The notes: generated from the sequence alone by a model not told the origin. Positions 1 through 10,918 are shown, numbered from the stretch's first letter. The stretch: DNA of 64,000 nt from Armatimonadota bacterium (GCA_013203665.1 JABMPU010000077.1:22471-86470); one strand, 5' to 3'. Translations and numbers: made by a program.

Positions 1-241
1 ATTCCAGTAAATTCCTTCTTATGTTTAGTTAGAAATTTCGAGATTAAATAAGAGAAAAAAAATAGATTAAATTTATTTTATACCATAAAAGTGAGACTTT
101 AGAACTCTATGATTTGATGCATTATTTAAAAGTCATTGTGATAGTGAAAGAAACGATTGAGTTGATGGAGAAGATAGATGTGGTAGCAAAACCTTAGTTT
201 TTCTTAATTATACAAATCAATTTAAAAGGCGGTTATTTCTT

Positions 242-793
242 ATGAGTATTAATGAAATTAGTAAGATTGTTGAAATTGTTGTTCCAATTATTGGTATCAT
301 TTTAGCAATAATTAGTGTAATTGTTGCTTATTTCTTACTAAGAGAATCTAGAAAAATGCATGTACTCTCATCTTCTCCAAACTTGGTTTTTTCTTTTCAT
401 TCTTCATCCCAAAATAGAATATTAGGTCGTTTAGAAAATATTGGTTATGGTACTGCATATAATATTAATGTTAAGGTAGATCCAGATTTTCAAATAATGG
501 GTCGTAAATCCTTACAGAAGATATTTAAAAATGTTAATTACCTTTCACCTAAACAATGTTATGATATTGATTATGGTGTTATTAATGTTGATAATAATCT
601 CAAAGTTTTTAAAAAGCACAAATTAACAATAACTTGGACAAGAAAAAAGCAAGATAAGAAAAAAGAAATTTTTATAGCTAATTTTGAAGAAGATTATTTT
701 ATAAATTTTCCATGTTCACATAGTTTTTCTGATTTAGTCAATTCTATTGATAATTTAAACAATAATTTAGAGAGATATTTATCTACTGTTTAG
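242..793 (+). CDS. hypothetical protein with N-terminal transmembrane helix
   Basis: 183-aa ORF. Hydrophobic stretch IVEIVVPIIGIILAIISVIVAYFLL near the N-terminus. No family motif recognised. Confidence 0.4.
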   Translation: MSINEISKIVEIVVPIIGIILAIISVIVAYFLLRESRKMHVLSSSPNLVFSFHSSSQNRILGRLENIGYGTAYNINVKVDPDFQIMGRKSLQKIFKNVNYLSPKQCYDIDYGVINVDNNLKVFKKHKLTITWTRKKQDKKKEIFIANFEEDYFINFPCSHSFSDLVNSIDNLNNNLERYLSTV

Positions 794-896
794 TACATTG
801 AATGACTATGTATGTTTTATATTAATCAGTTATATTTTTTTCGGTCGCACGCCCACTTCCCTACAATTACTACATAAATTATTTTTTGGTGATACA

Positions 897-1472
897 ATGA
901 TCCATATTCGCAAACGCAACCGATTACAGAATTACGATTATTCCACACCCGGATATTATTTTGTGACCATTTGCACAAAAGGAATGTTGGAACATTTCGG
1001 ACGGGTGCAGAATAATGAAATGGAATTGAATGGTGCAGGCAGAATGGTTGAGAAATGGTTTAATCGAATCACGGATAAATATCCATCAGTCTGTTGTCAT
1101 ACATTTTGTGTTATGCCGAATCATATTCATGCAATCATCCAAATCGTAGGGACAGACCCATGTGTCTGTCCTGATAAAAACAAGCAGGAAAGGGTGAACA
1201 CGCAGGAAAGGGTGAACACACAGGTTCACCCCTACGAGGATGTGTCGTTATCTGATGTTGTTCAATGGTTCAAAACAATGACAACAAATGAATATATTCG
1301 AAATGTTAAACTGCTTTCATGGAAACCTTTTGATATGAAATTATGGCAGCGTTCATTCTACGATCACATCATTCGCAACGATGAAGAATTGATCAGGATA
1401 TCAGATTACATTGAAAAAAATCCGCTGTTATGGAAAGAGGATGAATATTTTATTGAATTAGAAAATATTTGA
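897..1472 (+). CDS. IS200/IS605-family Y1 (HUH) transposase-like protein, RAYT-like
   Basis: HUH motif MPNHIHAII, a later WQRSFYDHII tyrosine region, and N-terminal YDYSTPGYYFVTICT. Start moved from ORF-track 798 to ATG 897 (MIHIRKR). No flanking IS ends seen. Confidence 0.7.
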   Translation: MIHIRKRNRLQNYDYSTPGYYFVTICTKGMLEHFGRVQNNEMELNGAGRMVEKWFNRITDKYPSVCCHTFCVMPNHIHAIIQIVGTDPCVCPDKNKQERVNTQERVNTQVHPYEDVSLSDVVQWFKTMTTNEYIRNVKLLSWKPFDMKLWQRSFYDHIIRNDEELIRISDYIEKNPLLWKEDEYFIELENI

Positions 1473-1700
1473 TTTAAGCTGATTAAAAAAAATATAGATA
1501 CAAAATCTTAGTCGCTCTCACTCAAGGCTAACTTACTAAAAATAAAAACTATAGCGAAAAAAATAAAATAATTGACATCTAAACCCGAAATTTGATTTTG
1601 GCAACCCTGTATGAAATCTTAAGGTAGCGAAATATGTAAGCTACTGTAAAATAAAGCCTGCCAGACAGGTTTGTAGATCTTTATTACGTAGGAGGAAAAG

Positions 1701-2885
1701 ATGGCTAAAGAGAAATTTGTAAGAACAAAGCCCCATGTTAATGTTGGCACCATTGGTCATGTTGACCATGGTAAGACCACTTTAACAGCTGCTATCACAT
1801 TATTTTTGAGTAAAAAGGGTTCAGCAGAATTTGCGTCATTTGATAGTATCGATAATGCTCCTGAAGAAAAGGAGCGTGGAATAACTATTGCCACAGCACA
1901 TGTAGAGTATGAGACAGACAATCGTCATTATGCTCATGTGGATTGTCCGGGTCATGCTGATTATGTAAAGAACATGATCACCGGAGCAGCCCAGATGGAT
2001 GGAGCTATCCTGGTTGTGAGTGCAGCAGATGGTCCCATGCCGCAAACCAGAGAGCATATACTTCTTGCCCGCCAGGTGGGAGTGCCTGCTATGGTTGTGT
2101 TCATGAATAAAGCAGATCTGGTTGATGATCCTGAACTTTTGGAACTGGTTGAGCTGGAAGTTCGTGAGCTTCTGGTCGAATACGAATTTCCCGGAGATGA
2201 GATTCCCATTATCATTGGTTCAGCTCTCAAAGCATTGAATGGAGATCCTGAAGGAGAGAAACAAGTAGTAGAACTTCTGGAAGCAGTAGATTCTTATATT
2301 CCACTCCCTGAAAGAGATATAGAGAAGCCATTCCTGATGCCGGTTGAAGATGTATTTTCGATCTCAGGCAGGGGAACAGTAGCTACAGGCAGAATTGAAC
2401 GTGGTGTTATCAAAGTGGGAGAGAAAATAGAAAGAGTAGGCATCAAAGAAACCAAAGAGACTACCTGTACAGGCGTGGAAATGTTCCGTAAGATCCTTGA
2501 TCGTGGAGAAGCAGGCGACAATGTGGGCATTCTTCTGCGTGGAATGGCAAAGGATGAAGTGGAAAGAGGAATGGTACTTGCCAAACCGAAATCCATCACA
2601 CCTCACACCAAATTCAGCGGTGAAACTTATATTCTCACCAAAGATGAAGGTGGACGTCACAAGCCTTTTTTCACAGGTTATAGACCTCAGTTCTATTTCC
2701 GTACAACCGATGTAACCGGAAGTTTGTCTTTACCTGAAGGAGTAGAAATGGTAATGCCAGGTGATAACGTGAAAATCACAGCAGAACTCATCACTCCGAT
2801 AGCCATGGAAAAAGGTCTTCGTTACGCTATCCGTGAAGGTGGAAGAACAATCGGCGCCGGCGTTGTAAGCGAAATTATTGAATAA
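1701..2885 (+). CDS. tuf: translation elongation factor Tu
   Basis: 394 aa with [18 protein letters not shown] and NKAD GTPase motifs. AGGAGG Shine-Dalgarno upstream. Confidence 0.98.
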   Translation: MAKEKFVRTKPHVNVGTIGHVDHGKTTLTAAITLFLSKKGSAEFASFDSIDNAPEEKERGITIATAHVEYETDNRHYAHVDCPGHADYVKNMITGAAQMDGAILVVSAADGPMPQTREHILLARQVGVPAMVVFMNKADLVDDPELLELVELEVRELLVEYEFPGDEIPIIIGSALKALNGDPEGEKQVVELLEAVDSYIPLPERDIEKPFLMPVEDVFSISGRGTVATGRIERGVIKVGEKIERVGIKETKETTCTGVEMFRKILDRGEAGDNVGILLRGMAKDEVERGMVLAKPKSITPHTKFSGETYILTKDEGGRHKPFFTGYRPQFYFRTTDVTGSLSLPEGVEMVMPGDNVKITAELITPIAMEKGLRYAIREGGRTIGAGVVSEIIE

Positions 2886-2898
2886 TCCCGGAGGATAA

Positions 2899-3219
2899 GT
2901 GGCAAAAAAAAGTATGGAAAGCAGAATAAGAATAAAACTGAAAGCTTACGACTTTCGGTTGTTAGATAAATCTGTCGCAGAAATTATCAAGAACACCAGA
3001 AATACAGGCGCCAAAATCGTTGGACCAGTTCCTTTACCCACAGAGAGAACATTTTATACAGTACTCAAATCTCCACATGTAAATAAAAAAGCGCAAGAAC
3101 AATTTGAAATGCTGGTTCACAAAAGACTGGTGGATATTATAAATCCCACTCCTCAAACAACCGGAGCATTGAAAAAGCTAAATTTGCCTGCTGGTGTACA
3201 TGTGGAAATCAAGGCATAA
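2899..3219 (+). CDS. rpsJ: 30S ribosomal protein S10
   Basis: GTG start after GGAGGA. Typical S10 sequence ([10 protein letters not shown]...) and first gene of the S10 operon order. Confidence 0.95.
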   Translation: MAKKSMESRIRIKLKAYDFRLLDKSVAEIIKNTRNTGAKIVGPVPLPTERTFYTVLKSPHVNKKAQEQFEMLVHKRLVDIINPTPQTTGALKKLNLPAGVHVEIKA

Positions 3220-3230
3220 GGGAGCTTGAG

Positions 3231-3854
3231 ATGATTGGATTAATCGGAAAAAAAATAGGAATGACTCAAGTTTTTGATAAAGATGGAAAACTCATACCTG
3301 TAACTGTTATTAAAGCCGGACCTTGCAGAGTTATCCATCGAAAATTCAAAGAAAAGCACGGTTATGATTCAGTACAATTAGGCTATGAAGAAGCGGATGA
3401 TAAGAAACTGAATAAACCCAAATTGGGACATCTTAAAAAACATAATAGTTCAGGTTATAGATATCTGCGGGAATTCCGTTTGAGAGTGTATAAAGATATT
3501 GAAGAAAGTGAAGTTTTTGATGTGAGCATGTTTGTGGAAAACGAGATGCTGAAAGTTACTGCAAATTCCAAAGGTAAAGGCTTCAGCGGCGTTATGAAAA
3601 GACACGGATTTCACGGTTTCAAAGCAACTCACGGTGTTCATGAATCTTACAGAGGACCTGGTTCTATCGGTCAATGTGCTACACCGGCTCGAGTTTTTAA
3701 AGGAACTAAACTTCCGGGTCATATGGGTGCACACAGAACAACCATCATAAATGTGAAAGTAGTAAAAGTGGATGTAGAAAAAAATCTGGTTATGTTAAAA
3801 GGTTCTGTTCCGGGTCATAGAAATTCTCTTGTACTTCTCAGAAAAGAATTGTAA
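3231..3854 (+). CDS. rplC: 50S ribosomal protein L3
   Basis: MIGLIGKKIGMTQVF N-terminus; position after rpsJ. Confidence 0.95.
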   Translation: MIGLIGKKIGMTQVFDKDGKLIPVTVIKAGPCRVIHRKFKEKHGYDSVQLGYEEADDKKLNKPKLGHLKKHNSSGYRYLREFRLRVYKDIEESEVFDVSMFVENEMLKVTANSKGKGFSGVMKRHGFHGFKATHGVHESYRGPGSIGQCATPARVFKGTKLPGHMGAHRTTIINVKVVKVDVEKNLVMLKGSVPGHRNSLVLLRKEL

Positions 3855-3866
3855 AGGGAGACGGAA

Positions 3867-4502
3867 ATGATGAAAGCAATTAAATATTCAAGCACAGGTG
3901 AAGAACTCGGAAAAATTAATCTTCCTAAAAAACTATTCGCAGTAGAAACTAAAAATTCCAAAGCTCTATTATATGAAGTTATAAAAATGTATCTGGCAAA
4001 CCAGCGTCAAGGCAATGCTTGCGTGCAAACCCGTGCAGAAGCACATGGCAGCGGACGCAAGTTGTTCCGACAAAAAGGAACCGGTAATGCACGTCCGGGT
4101 AATCTTCGAACACCTTTAAGAGTTGGTGGTGGTCGTGCTTTTGGTCCTAAATCAAAAGACTGGTATAAGAAAATTCCTAAGAAGAAAAAACGCCTTGCAC
4201 TTAAACTTGCTCTTTCCGAAAGAGCAAAGGAAAACCAGGTCATAATATTAGAATCATTAAATTTCGACAAACCAAATACAAAACTCGCTAAAGAGCTTAT
4301 TTCTAAGATTGCACCTGAACAAAGTAAAAACCTGCTGCTAATAGACGGCAATAATCATGCTATCATAAAATCTTTCAGCAACCTTCAAAATGTGGAGATG
4401 GATAAAGCAGACAGCATTTTTGCTTATGAAATCCTCAAATGCAATAATCTTATCATCACAGAAGATGCACTCAAAAAAATTGAGGAGGTATTTGCCAAAT
4501 GA
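3867..4502 (+). CDS. rplD: 50S ribosomal protein L4
   Basis: 211 aa with the RQGTGNARPG-type motif (QKGTGNARPGN); operon order. Confidence 0.95.
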   Translation: MMKAIKYSSTGEELGKINLPKKLFAVETKNSKALLYEVIKMYLANQRQGNACVQTRAEAHGSGRKLFRQKGTGNARPGNLRTPLRVGGGRAFGPKSKDWYKKIPKKKKRLALKLALSERAKENQVIILESLNFDKPNTKLAKELISKIAPEQSKNLLLIDGNNHAIIKSFSNLQNVEMDKADSIFAYEILKCNNLIITEDALKKIEEVFAK

Positions 4503-4786
4503 AATATCCCAGACAAATAATTATCTCTCCAATGATGACAGAAAAAACCACCTCTTTGCAAGATCAGAATAATTGTTATACATTTAAAGTAAGTTTAAAT
4601 GCCAATAAAATTGAAATCCAAAAAGCGATAGAAAGAATCTTCGATGTGACCGTGGAAAGTGTAAACACTATCAAACAGCGCGGTAAAGTGAAGAGAATGG
4701 GAAGATATTCTGGAAAAAGAGCTGATTGGAAAAAAGCAATCGTAAAACTTAAAGCTGGAAATTCAATTTCAGATTTTGAGGTATAA
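4499..4786 (+). CDS. rplW: 50S ribosomal protein L23
   Basis: 95 aa; ATGA overlap with rplD; operon order. Confidence 0.93.
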   Translation: MKYPRQIIISPMMTEKTTSLQDQNNCYTFKVSLNANKIEIQKAIERIFDVTVESVNTIKQRGKVKRMGRYSGKRADWKKAIVKLKAGNSISDFEV

Positions 4787-4790
4787 TACT

Positions 4791-5624
4791 ATGGGAATAA
4801 AAAAATATAAACCTGTTACTCCTACGATGAGATTTAAAACCGGTTATACTTTTGAGGAAATCACCAAAAGCCGTCCGGAAAAATCCCTGATAAAACCGCT
4901 TCCTAAAAAAGCAGGCAGAAACAATCAAGGTCGTATTACCTGTCGTCATCGTGGTGGTGGTCATAAAAGACAATACAGAATTATCGATTTCAAGAGAAAT
5001 AAGTATGATATCCCTGCTAAAGTAACTGCCATCGAATATGATCCGAATCGGAGCGCTCGAATTGCTCTTTTGCATTATGCAGATGGTGAGAAACGATATA
5101 TTCTTGCACCTCTCGGATTGAAAGTCGGCGATAGTGTTATGTCCGGTGAAAAAGCTGAAATCAAAGTTGGAAATGCTCTTCCCCTGGAAAAAATGCCTTT
5201 GGGTGCTACCATTCATAATATTGAATTCAAACCGGGAAGAGGCGGACAGCTTGCCAGAAGTGCCGGTTCTTACGGACAATTAATAGCGAAAGAAGGCAAT
5301 TATATTCATGTGCGAATGCCTTCAAGTGACGTTCATATCTTAAGAAGTGAATGCTTTGCTACAATCGGTCAGGTAGGAAATGTGGAGCATAATTCCATTG
5401 TAATTGGCAAAGCCGGACGTAAAAGGTGGATGGGAATTCGTCCTACAGTGCGTGGAGTTGCCATGAATCCTGTAGACCATCCAATGGGTGGAGGTGAAGC
5501 AAAAACCTCCGGAGGTGGTCATCCGGTTTCTCCCTGGGGAGTTTTAGCAAAAGGCGGTAAAACCCGTAAGAAACGTAAATATTCGAATAGATATATCATC
5601 AAATCCAAAAAGAAAAGGAAGTAG
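4791..5624 (+). CDS. rplB: 50S ribosomal protein L2
   Basis: [11 protein letters not shown] start at ATG 4791 (ORF track begins 15 nt upstream). GGGHKRQYR and HPMGGGEG-like motifs. Confidence 0.95.
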   Translation: MGIKKYKPVTPTMRFKTGYTFEEITKSRPEKSLIKPLPKKAGRNNQGRITCRHRGGGHKRQYRIIDFKRNKYDIPAKVTAIEYDPNRSARIALLHYADGEKRYILAPLGLKVGDSVMSGEKAEIKVGNALPLEKMPLGATIHNIEFKPGRGGQLARSAGSYGQLIAKEGNYIHVRMPSSDVHILRSECFATIGQVGNVEHNSIVIGKAGRKRWMGIRPTVRGVAMNPVDHPMGGGEAKTSGGGHPVSPWGVLAKGGKTRKKRKYSNRYIIKSKKKRK

Positions 5625-5631
5625 GAAGGTT

Positions 5632-5895
5632 ATGGCTCGTTCTATAAAAAAAGGACCTTTTGTTGATGAGCATTTACTTAAGAAAGTTCAGAAACTAAAT
5701 GCTGAAAACAAAAAACAGGTAATCAAAACCTGGTCGCGCAGATCAACCATTTTACCGGAATTCGTTGAACATACTTTTGCGGTTCATAATGGGCGTAAAT
5801 TCGTACCGATCTATATTTCAGAAAATATGGTGGGTCATAAATTAGGTGAATTTTCTCCTACCAGAACCTATCGTGGACATAGGGTTAAGAAATAA
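5632..5895 (+). CDS. rpsS: 30S ribosomal protein S19
   Basis: [13 protein letters not shown]-terminus; 87 aa. Confidence 0.95.
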   Translation: MARSIKKGPFVDEHLLKKVQKLNAENKKQVIKTWSRRSTILPEFVEHTFAVHNGRKFVPIYISENMVGHKLGEFSPTRTYRGHRVKK

Positions 5896-5925
5896 ATTTC
5901 AAAATTTTACAAGGGAGCTAAAATA

Positions 5926-6273
5926 ATGGAAGCAATAGCCAGAGTTCGTAATTTAAGAGGCTCAGCAAGAAAGGCAAGATTGATACTGGATTTAATCCGG
6001 GGCAAATCTGTGCCGGAAGCTCAAAACATATTGCTTTTCTCAAAGAAAAGAGTTGCACTAAAGGTAGCAAAACTTCTCAACTCTGCAATCGCCAATGCTA
6101 CTGTTAAAGAAGGTAAAGCAGATATTGATAGTATGATCGTTAGTAACGTTTTTGCAGATGATGGACCAATAATGAAAAGACATCGACCGAGAGCTCAAGG
6201 CAGAGCCACAATCATCAGAAGAAGAACATGCCATATAACTCTTGAAATTATGGATAAAAGGATAGGGGGATAG
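5926..6273 (+). CDS. rplV: 50S ribosomal protein L22
   Basis: 115 aa; operon order; typical L22 sequence. Confidence 0.93.
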   Translation: MEAIARVRNLRGSARKARLILDLIRGKSVPEAQNILLFSKKRVALKVAKLLNSAIANATVKEGKADIDSMIVSNVFADDGPIMKRHRPRAQGRATIIRRRTCHITLEIMDKRIGG

Positions 6274-6274
6274 T

Positions 6275-6922
6275 TTGGGACAGAAAGTTAATCCTGTCGG
6301 TTATAGACTTGGTGTAAATAAACAGTATGATTCAATCTGGTTCGCAACGGGTGAAGATTATATCGTAAATTTTCATGAAGATTTAAAGATTAAAAAATAT
6401 ATCAAAAACCGGTTAGATAGTGCTATGATATCAAAAGTCAAGATAGAACGAAAGACAAAATCTATCACCCTCGATATTCACACTGCCAGACCAGGTCAGG
6501 TTATTGGCAAGAAAGGTAGTGAAATTGAAAAATTGAGAAATGAATTATCGGTTTTAGTAAATAAAAATAGAACTTCTACTCTAAATGTTTTTGTAAATGT
6601 TCAGGATATAAAACTTCCCTGGATAGATGCAAGTTTGATTGGTGAAGAAATCGGCAGACAGTTAAAACGAAGAATTTCCTTCCGAAGAGCAATGAAATTT
6701 GCGATCCGAAATGCCATGAGAAATGGTGCACAGGGCATCAAAATCCAATGTGCCGGAAGACTGGGTGGTGCAGAAATGGCTCGTACTGAAAGATATCAGG
6801 AAGGAAGAACTCCTCTTCATACTTTGCGAGCTGATATTGATTATAAATTAACGGAAGTTACAACCACTTATGGAATAATTGGAATTAAAGTCTGGGTTTA
6901 TAAAGGCGATATTTTGAAATAA
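6275..6922 (+). CDS. rpsC: 30S ribosomal protein S3
   Basis: TTG start. [14 protein letters not shown]-terminus and KH domain [10 protein letters not shown]. Confidence 0.95.
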   Translation: MGQKVNPVGYRLGVNKQYDSIWFATGEDYIVNFHEDLKIKKYIKNRLDSAMISKVKIERKTKSITLDIHTARPGQVIGKKGSEIEKLRNELSVLVNKNRTSTLNVFVNVQDIKLPWIDASLIGEEIGRQLKRRISFRRAMKFAIRNAMRNGAQGIKIQCAGRLGGAEMARTERYQEGRTPLHTLRADIDYKLTEVTTTYGIIGIKVWVYKGDILK

Positions 6923-6934
6923 GGAGAATCATAA

Positions 6935-7354
6935 ATGTTAGCCCCCAAAAAGGTAAAATATAGAAAAAAGCAAAAAGGACGTCGTCGCGGTCTGGCTTAT
7001 CGTGGGAGTACTTTAAATTTTGGTGATTATGGAATTATTGCCTTAAATGCAGCCTGGATAACAAGCCGGCAGATTGAATCTGCTCGTGTGACAATTTCTC
7101 GCGAGATGAAAAGAACCGGAAAACTTTGGATTAGAATTTTCCCGGATAAACCGGTAACCAAAAAACCTGCTGAAACTCGTATGGGAAAAGGTAAAGGCGC
7201 TCCTGAATATTGGGTTGCGGTGGTCAAACCCGGCAGAATCATGTTTGAATTTGAAGGAGTGGATCTGGCAACAGCAAAAGAAGCTGCCCGCCTTGCCGGA
7301 CATAAGCTGCCTATTAAAACCAAAATTGTTATCAGAGAAGGAATTGAATCATGA
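6935..7354 (+). CDS. rplP: 50S ribosomal protein L16
   Basis: [17 protein letters not shown]-terminus; 139 aa. Confidence 0.95.
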   Translation: MLAPKKVKYRKKQKGRRRGLAYRGSTLNFGDYGIIALNAAWITSRQIESARVTISREMKRTGKLWIRIFPDKPVTKKPAETRMGKGKGAPEYWVAVVKPGRIMFEFEGVDLATAKEAARLAGHKLPIKTKIVIREGIES

Positions 7355-7536
7355 AAATATTTGAGCTACGCGAATTAACTAATGATGAACTTCAACAAAA
7401 ATTGGATGACCTCAGAGAAGAAATTTTTAACCTGAGATTCCAACATGCTTCCAATAGGTTGGATAATCCAATGAAAATTAAAATTGCTAAAAAGAATATT
7501 GCTCAGATAAAAACCTTGTTAACTGAGAGAGAGTGA
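7351..7536 (+). CDS. rpmC: 50S ribosomal protein L29
   Basis: 61 aa; ATGA overlap with rplP; [10 protein letters not shown] motif. Confidence 0.93.
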   Translation: MKIFELRELTNDELQQKLDDLREEIFNLRFQHASNRLDNPMKIKIAKKNIAQIKTLLTERE

Positions 7537-7553
7537 TTCTGAAATAAGAGGAA

Positions 7554-7811
7554 ATGATGACAACAAATAGAAAAGTTACAAAAAGCGGTGTGGTAGTTAG
7601 CGATAAGATGGATAAAACCATAGTAGTCAGAGTTCAACGCCAGTTTAAACATCCGCTTTACAAAAAGATAGTCAGAAGACATAAAAAATTCCAGGCACAC
7701 GATGAGAATAACGAATGCAAAATTGGTGATTTCGTGTTGATTCAGGAAAGTAAACCAATAAGTCGTCATAAAAAATGGATTCTAAATAAAATCATAGAGA
7801 AGTCAAAATAA
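7554..7811 (+). CDS. rpsQ: 30S ribosomal protein S17
   Basis: 85 aa; [14 protein letters not shown] motif. Confidence 0.93.
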   Translation: MMTTNRKVTKSGVVVSDKMDKTIVVRVQRQFKHPLYKKIVRRHKKFQAHDENNECKIGDFVLIQESKPISRHKKWILNKIIEKSK

Positions 7812-7821
7812 GGAGTCTGAA

Positions 7822-8190
7822 ATGATTCAAGCTCAGACAATAATGAATATTGCAGATAATTCCGGTGCCAAAAAAGCGATGTGCATCAAAGTCCTTGGCG
7901 GCTCCAAGCGGAAATATGCCAGCCTGGGAGATGTGATCGTAGTAGCCATCAAAGCTGCTGCTCCAAACGGAAAAGTAAGGAAAGGCACGGTAGAAAGAGC
8001 TGTGATTGTTCGCACTCGCAAAGAAGTGAGAAGGAAAGATGGAACTTATGTTCGGTTCGATGATAATGCAGCAGTCATTATCGATGAAAAAGGAGAACCG
8101 ATTGCTACGCGTATTTTCGGTCCGGTTGCTCGCGAACTGAGAGAAAAGCATTATACAAAGATAATTTCGCTGGCTCCAGAGGTTCTTTAG
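7822..8190 (+). CDS. rplN: 50S ribosomal protein L14
   Basis: [18 protein letters not shown]-terminus; 122 aa. Confidence 0.96.
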   Translation: MIQAQTIMNIADNSGAKKAMCIKVLGGSKRKYASLGDVIVVAIKAAAPNGKVRKGTVERAVIVRTRKEVRRKDGTYVRFDDNAAVIIDEKGEPIATRIFGPVARELREKHYTKIISLAPEVL

Positions 8191-8198
8191 GAGTATAT

Positions 8199-8546
8199 AT
8201 GATAAAAAGAAATAAACTTAATAAATCAAATGATAAAAAAATGAGAATTAAAAAGGGTGATACAGTCGTTGTTATCAATGGGAAATATAAAGGCGTGAAA
8301 GGTAAAGTCTTGAAATCTTTTCCAAAAACCAACCGGGTAATTGTGGAAAAGGTGAATTTCATAAAAAAACACACCCGTCCAACCCAACAAAATCAGCAAG
8401 GTGGAATAGTGGAAAAAGAATCTCCTATTCATGTTTCCAATGTTAAACTTTATAGTGAAAAATTAGGAGAAGTAACACGCGCTGTTTTCACGAAAGCAGG
8501 AGACAAACGAATTCGCGTGTGCAAGAAATCCGGAGATGAAATTTAA
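8199..8546 (+). CDS. rplX: 50S ribosomal protein L24
   Basis: KOW motif KKGDTVVVINGKYKG; 115 aa. Confidence 0.93.
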   Translation: MIKRNKLNKSNDKKMRIKKGDTVVVINGKYKGVKGKVLKSFPKTNRVIVEKVNFIKKHTRPTQQNQQGGIVEKESPIHVSNVKLYSEKLGEVTRAVFTKAGDKRIRVCKKSGDEI

Positions 8547-8558
8547 GAGGAACGGAAA

Positions 8559-9101
8559 ATGACTCATTTGAAAGATAAATATATAAAAGAGACAATTCCA
8601 GCTTTAATGAAGCATTTTGATTATAAGAATGTGAACATGGTTCCCAGGTTGGAAAAGATTTCTGTGAATATGGGTGTGGGAATTGCCACCCAAAACAAAG
8701 CTGTTTTAGATAATGCAGTTAAAGATATGACTCGGATTACAGGCAGGAAACCCATCATCACAAAAGCTAAGAAATCTATTTCAAATTTTAAATTACGTCA
8801 GGGAATGCCAATCGGCTGTAAAGTTACATTACGCGGTGAAATCATGTATGAATTCTTAGATAGATTGGTCTCGATCGTTATTCCCAGAATTCGTGACTTC
8901 AGAGGCATTTCTGCAAAATCTTTTGACGGACGCGGGAATTATACCTTTGGCATTAAAGAACAAACTGTTTTTCCGGAAATAGAATATGATAAAATAGATG
9001 CGATCAGAGGAATGGACATCACGGTCGTGACCACTGCTGATAGTGATGAAGAAGGAAAAGAACTTCTTAGTTCACTCGGTATGCCATTCAGGAAAAATTA
9101 A
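8559..9101 (+). CDS. rplE: 50S ribosomal protein L5
   Basis: 180 aa; typical L5 sequence ([15 protein letters not shown]). Confidence 0.95.
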   Translation: MTHLKDKYIKETIPALMKHFDYKNVNMVPRLEKISVNMGVGIATQNKAVLDNAVKDMTRITGRKPIITKAKKSISNFKLRQGMPIGCKVTLRGEIMYEFLDRLVSIVIPRIRDFRGISAKSFDGRGNYTFGIKEQTVFPEIEYDKIDAIRGMDITVVTTADSDEEGKELLSSLGMPFRKN

Positions 9102-9112
9102 GAGGAGAGATT

Positions 9113-9298
9113 TTGGCAAAAAAATCGTGGATTGAAAAGCAAAAAATACCCCAAAAATTCTCATCCAGAGAATATTCTCGTTGTAAGATCTGTGGACGTT
9201 CCAGAGCATATATGCGAGATTTTGGTCTTTGTCGAATCTGTTTCAGAAAACTTGCTTCCGAAGGTCAGATTCCCGGTGTGAAAAAAGCAAGCTGGTAA
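9113..9298 (+). CDS. rpsN: 30S ribosomal protein S14, zinc-binding type Z
   Basis: 61 aa; TTG start; CxxC...CxxC (CKICGR...CRICFR). Confidence 0.92.
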   Translation: MAKKSWIEKQKIPQKFSSREYSRCKICGRSRAYMRDFGLCRICFRKLASEGQIPGVKKASW

Positions 9299-9308
9299 AA
9301 AGAATAAG

Positions 9309-9484
9309 AAAGGAACACAGATGACATTGAAAATTGAATATTTAATATTGAGGATTGAATATTAATCTCCATGTGCTCTGTGGTGAAAAAAGGAACACGG
9401 ATGACACGGATATTACGGATTATCACAGAAAAAAAATTAAGTTTGTGTCTTAGTGTCTTTGTGGTGAATTTGTGGTAAAAAAAA
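9309..9484. repeat. degenerate short-repeat block inserted between rpsN and rpsH
   Basis: aaaggaacacRgatgaca occurs twice (9309-9326 and 9389-9406). Reiterated tgtggtgaa/tgtggtaaa motifs follow (9379-9390 and 9461-9484). A related cacagataYacacagat motif lies at ~29740. Confidence 0.6.
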
Positions 9485-9520
9485 ATAAAAAATCAGTGTT
9501 AAAATAATAATGGAGAAAAA

Positions 9521-9934
9521 ATGAGTGCAACAGATCCAATTGCTGATGCAATAACAAAAATTCGTAATGCCTATTCTGCCAATCATAAGATTGTGGCAGT
9601 AAATCACAGCAATCTTACTGAAGCAATTGTAAAAATCCTGGCAGAAGAAAATTTTATAAATAGTTACGAATTGATTGAAAGAGATCCCAAGAAAAAACAT
9701 TATAGAAAAAAGATATTTATAAATCTGCGTTACACGAACAGCGGAGAACCTGTAATGAAAAATATCAAAAGGATAAGTAAACCCGGACTTCGCATCTATG
9801 TTAATTCCAAAAATATTCCCTCGGTTTACAACAATACAGGTTGTGCCATTTTATCCACGAACCGCGGCGTAATGGTAGATAGAGATGCTCGCAAAGATAA
9901 GCTTGGCGGCGAGTATATCTGCAAGGTCTGGTAG
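9521..9934 (+). CDS. rpsH: 30S ribosomal protein S8
   Basis: MSATDPIADAITKIRNA N-terminus; 137 aa. Confidence 0.95.
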   Translation: MSATDPIADAITKIRNAYSANHKIVAVNHSNLTEAIVKILAEENFINSYELIERDPKKKHYRKKIFINLRYTNSGEPVMKNIKRISKPGLRIYVNSKNIPSVYNNTGCAILSTNRGVMVDRDARKDKLGGEYICKVW

Positions 9935-9943
9935 GAGGAATCT

Positions 9944-10516
9944 GTGAGTAGAATTGGTAAAACTCCTATAAAAATACTGAACGGTGTGAAGGCAACTATC
10001 AGTGATCAGAAAATAACAGTAGTTGGAAACAAAGGAACACTGGATTATTTGATAAATTCCGGAATCGAGGTGAAAGAAACTGACGGAAAACTGATCGTAA
10101 CCAGGAGAGATGATTCCAGAGAACAAACATCTCTTCACGGGCTTACCAGAGCTTTGATAAACAATATGATAATTGGAGTAAAAGAAGGTTATGGGCGAGT
10201 TCTGCAAGTTATCGGAACCGGATACTCTGCTGAAGTTATTGGACCCTGGGTGAAATTGAATGTTGGTTTTTCTCATGGAATACTTTTGGAAATTCCCGAA
10301 GGAATACAGGTCGAAGCAAAAACCATCCCACGTAGAGAACAAGGCAAACTGGGAGTTCAAGCAGTAATTACAGTAAAAGGAATTCATAAAGAAGATGTTG
10401 GTAAATTTGCTGCTGAGATCCGAAGATGTCGTCCTCCAGCTCCGAATTTCAAAGGAAAAGGAATTCGTTGGGAAGGCGAACACGTGCGCATTGTTTCCAA
10501 ATCCGGAACTGAGTAG
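9944..10516 (+). CDS. rplF: 50S ribosomal protein L6
   Basis: GTG start; MSRIGKTPI N-terminus; 190 aa. Confidence 0.94.
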   Translation: MSRIGKTPIKILNGVKATISDQKITVVGNKGTLDYLINSGIEVKETDGKLIVTRRDDSREQTSLHGLTRALINNMIIGVKEGYGRVLQVIGTGYSAEVIGPWVKLNVGFSHGILLEIPEGIQVEAKTIPRREQGKLGVQAVITVKGIHKEDVGKFAAEIRRCRPPAPNFKGKGIRWEGEHVRIVSKSGTE

Positions 10517-10532
10517 AATTTATGAGGTTAAA

Positions 10533-10907
10533 ATGAATAGAAAGTCAATAATATTCAAAAAAAACTTAGCACGCAAAAGAAGAATTAAATCAATAAAGAA
10601 GAAAATCTTTGGAACTTCGGAACGTCCGAGATTAGTTGTATTCCGCAGTTTAAAGAACATCAGTGCTCAGATCATCGATGATAATGCAAATAAAACACTG
10701 GTCTCTTTGTCCACGATATCTAAAGATATAAAAATTGATAAATCCAAAAAGAAAACTAAGCAAAGCTTTGAAATCGGATTAAAACTGGGAGAGCTTGCTT
10801 TGAAAAAAGGAATTACTCAGGTTTGTTTTGATCGCAGCGGTTATTTGTATCATGGAAGAGTTAAAGCTCTTGCAGATGGCACCAGAAAAGCCGGCATAAA
10901 ATTTTAA
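10533..10907 (+). CDS. rplR: 50S ribosomal protein L18
   Basis: True start is ATG 10533 ([10 protein letters not shown]) after rplF. The ORF-track start at 10395 lies inside rplF. Confidence 0.92.
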   Translation: MNRKSIIFKKNLARKRRIKSIKKKIFGTSERPRLVVFRSLKNISAQIIDDNANKTLVSLSTISKDIKIDKSKKKTKQSFEIGLKLGELALKKGITQVCFDRSGYLYHGRVKALADGTRKAGIKF

Positions 10908-10918
10908 GGGAGAGCCTT

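Noticed and set aside
1572-1700. TTGACA at 1572 as the tuf promoter, and TTGACT at 61688 as the infC promoter.
   Set aside because: No convincing -10 element lies at 16-18 nt spacing in either case, and FCB-group promoters may use different consensus elements. Not reported as features.
9309-9484. Possible CRISPR array, because of closely spaced short direct repeats.
   Set aside because: There are only two copies of an 18-nt motif plus irregular short reiterations, with no regular repeat-spacer periodicity and no cas genes in the window.
9437-9700. 87-aa minus-strand ORF spanning the rpsN-rpsH spacer and the start of rpsH.
   Set aside because: It overlaps rpsH antisense. Its N-terminal part is translated repeat DNA (…HHKDTKTQT), so it reads as a repeat artefact rather than a gene.
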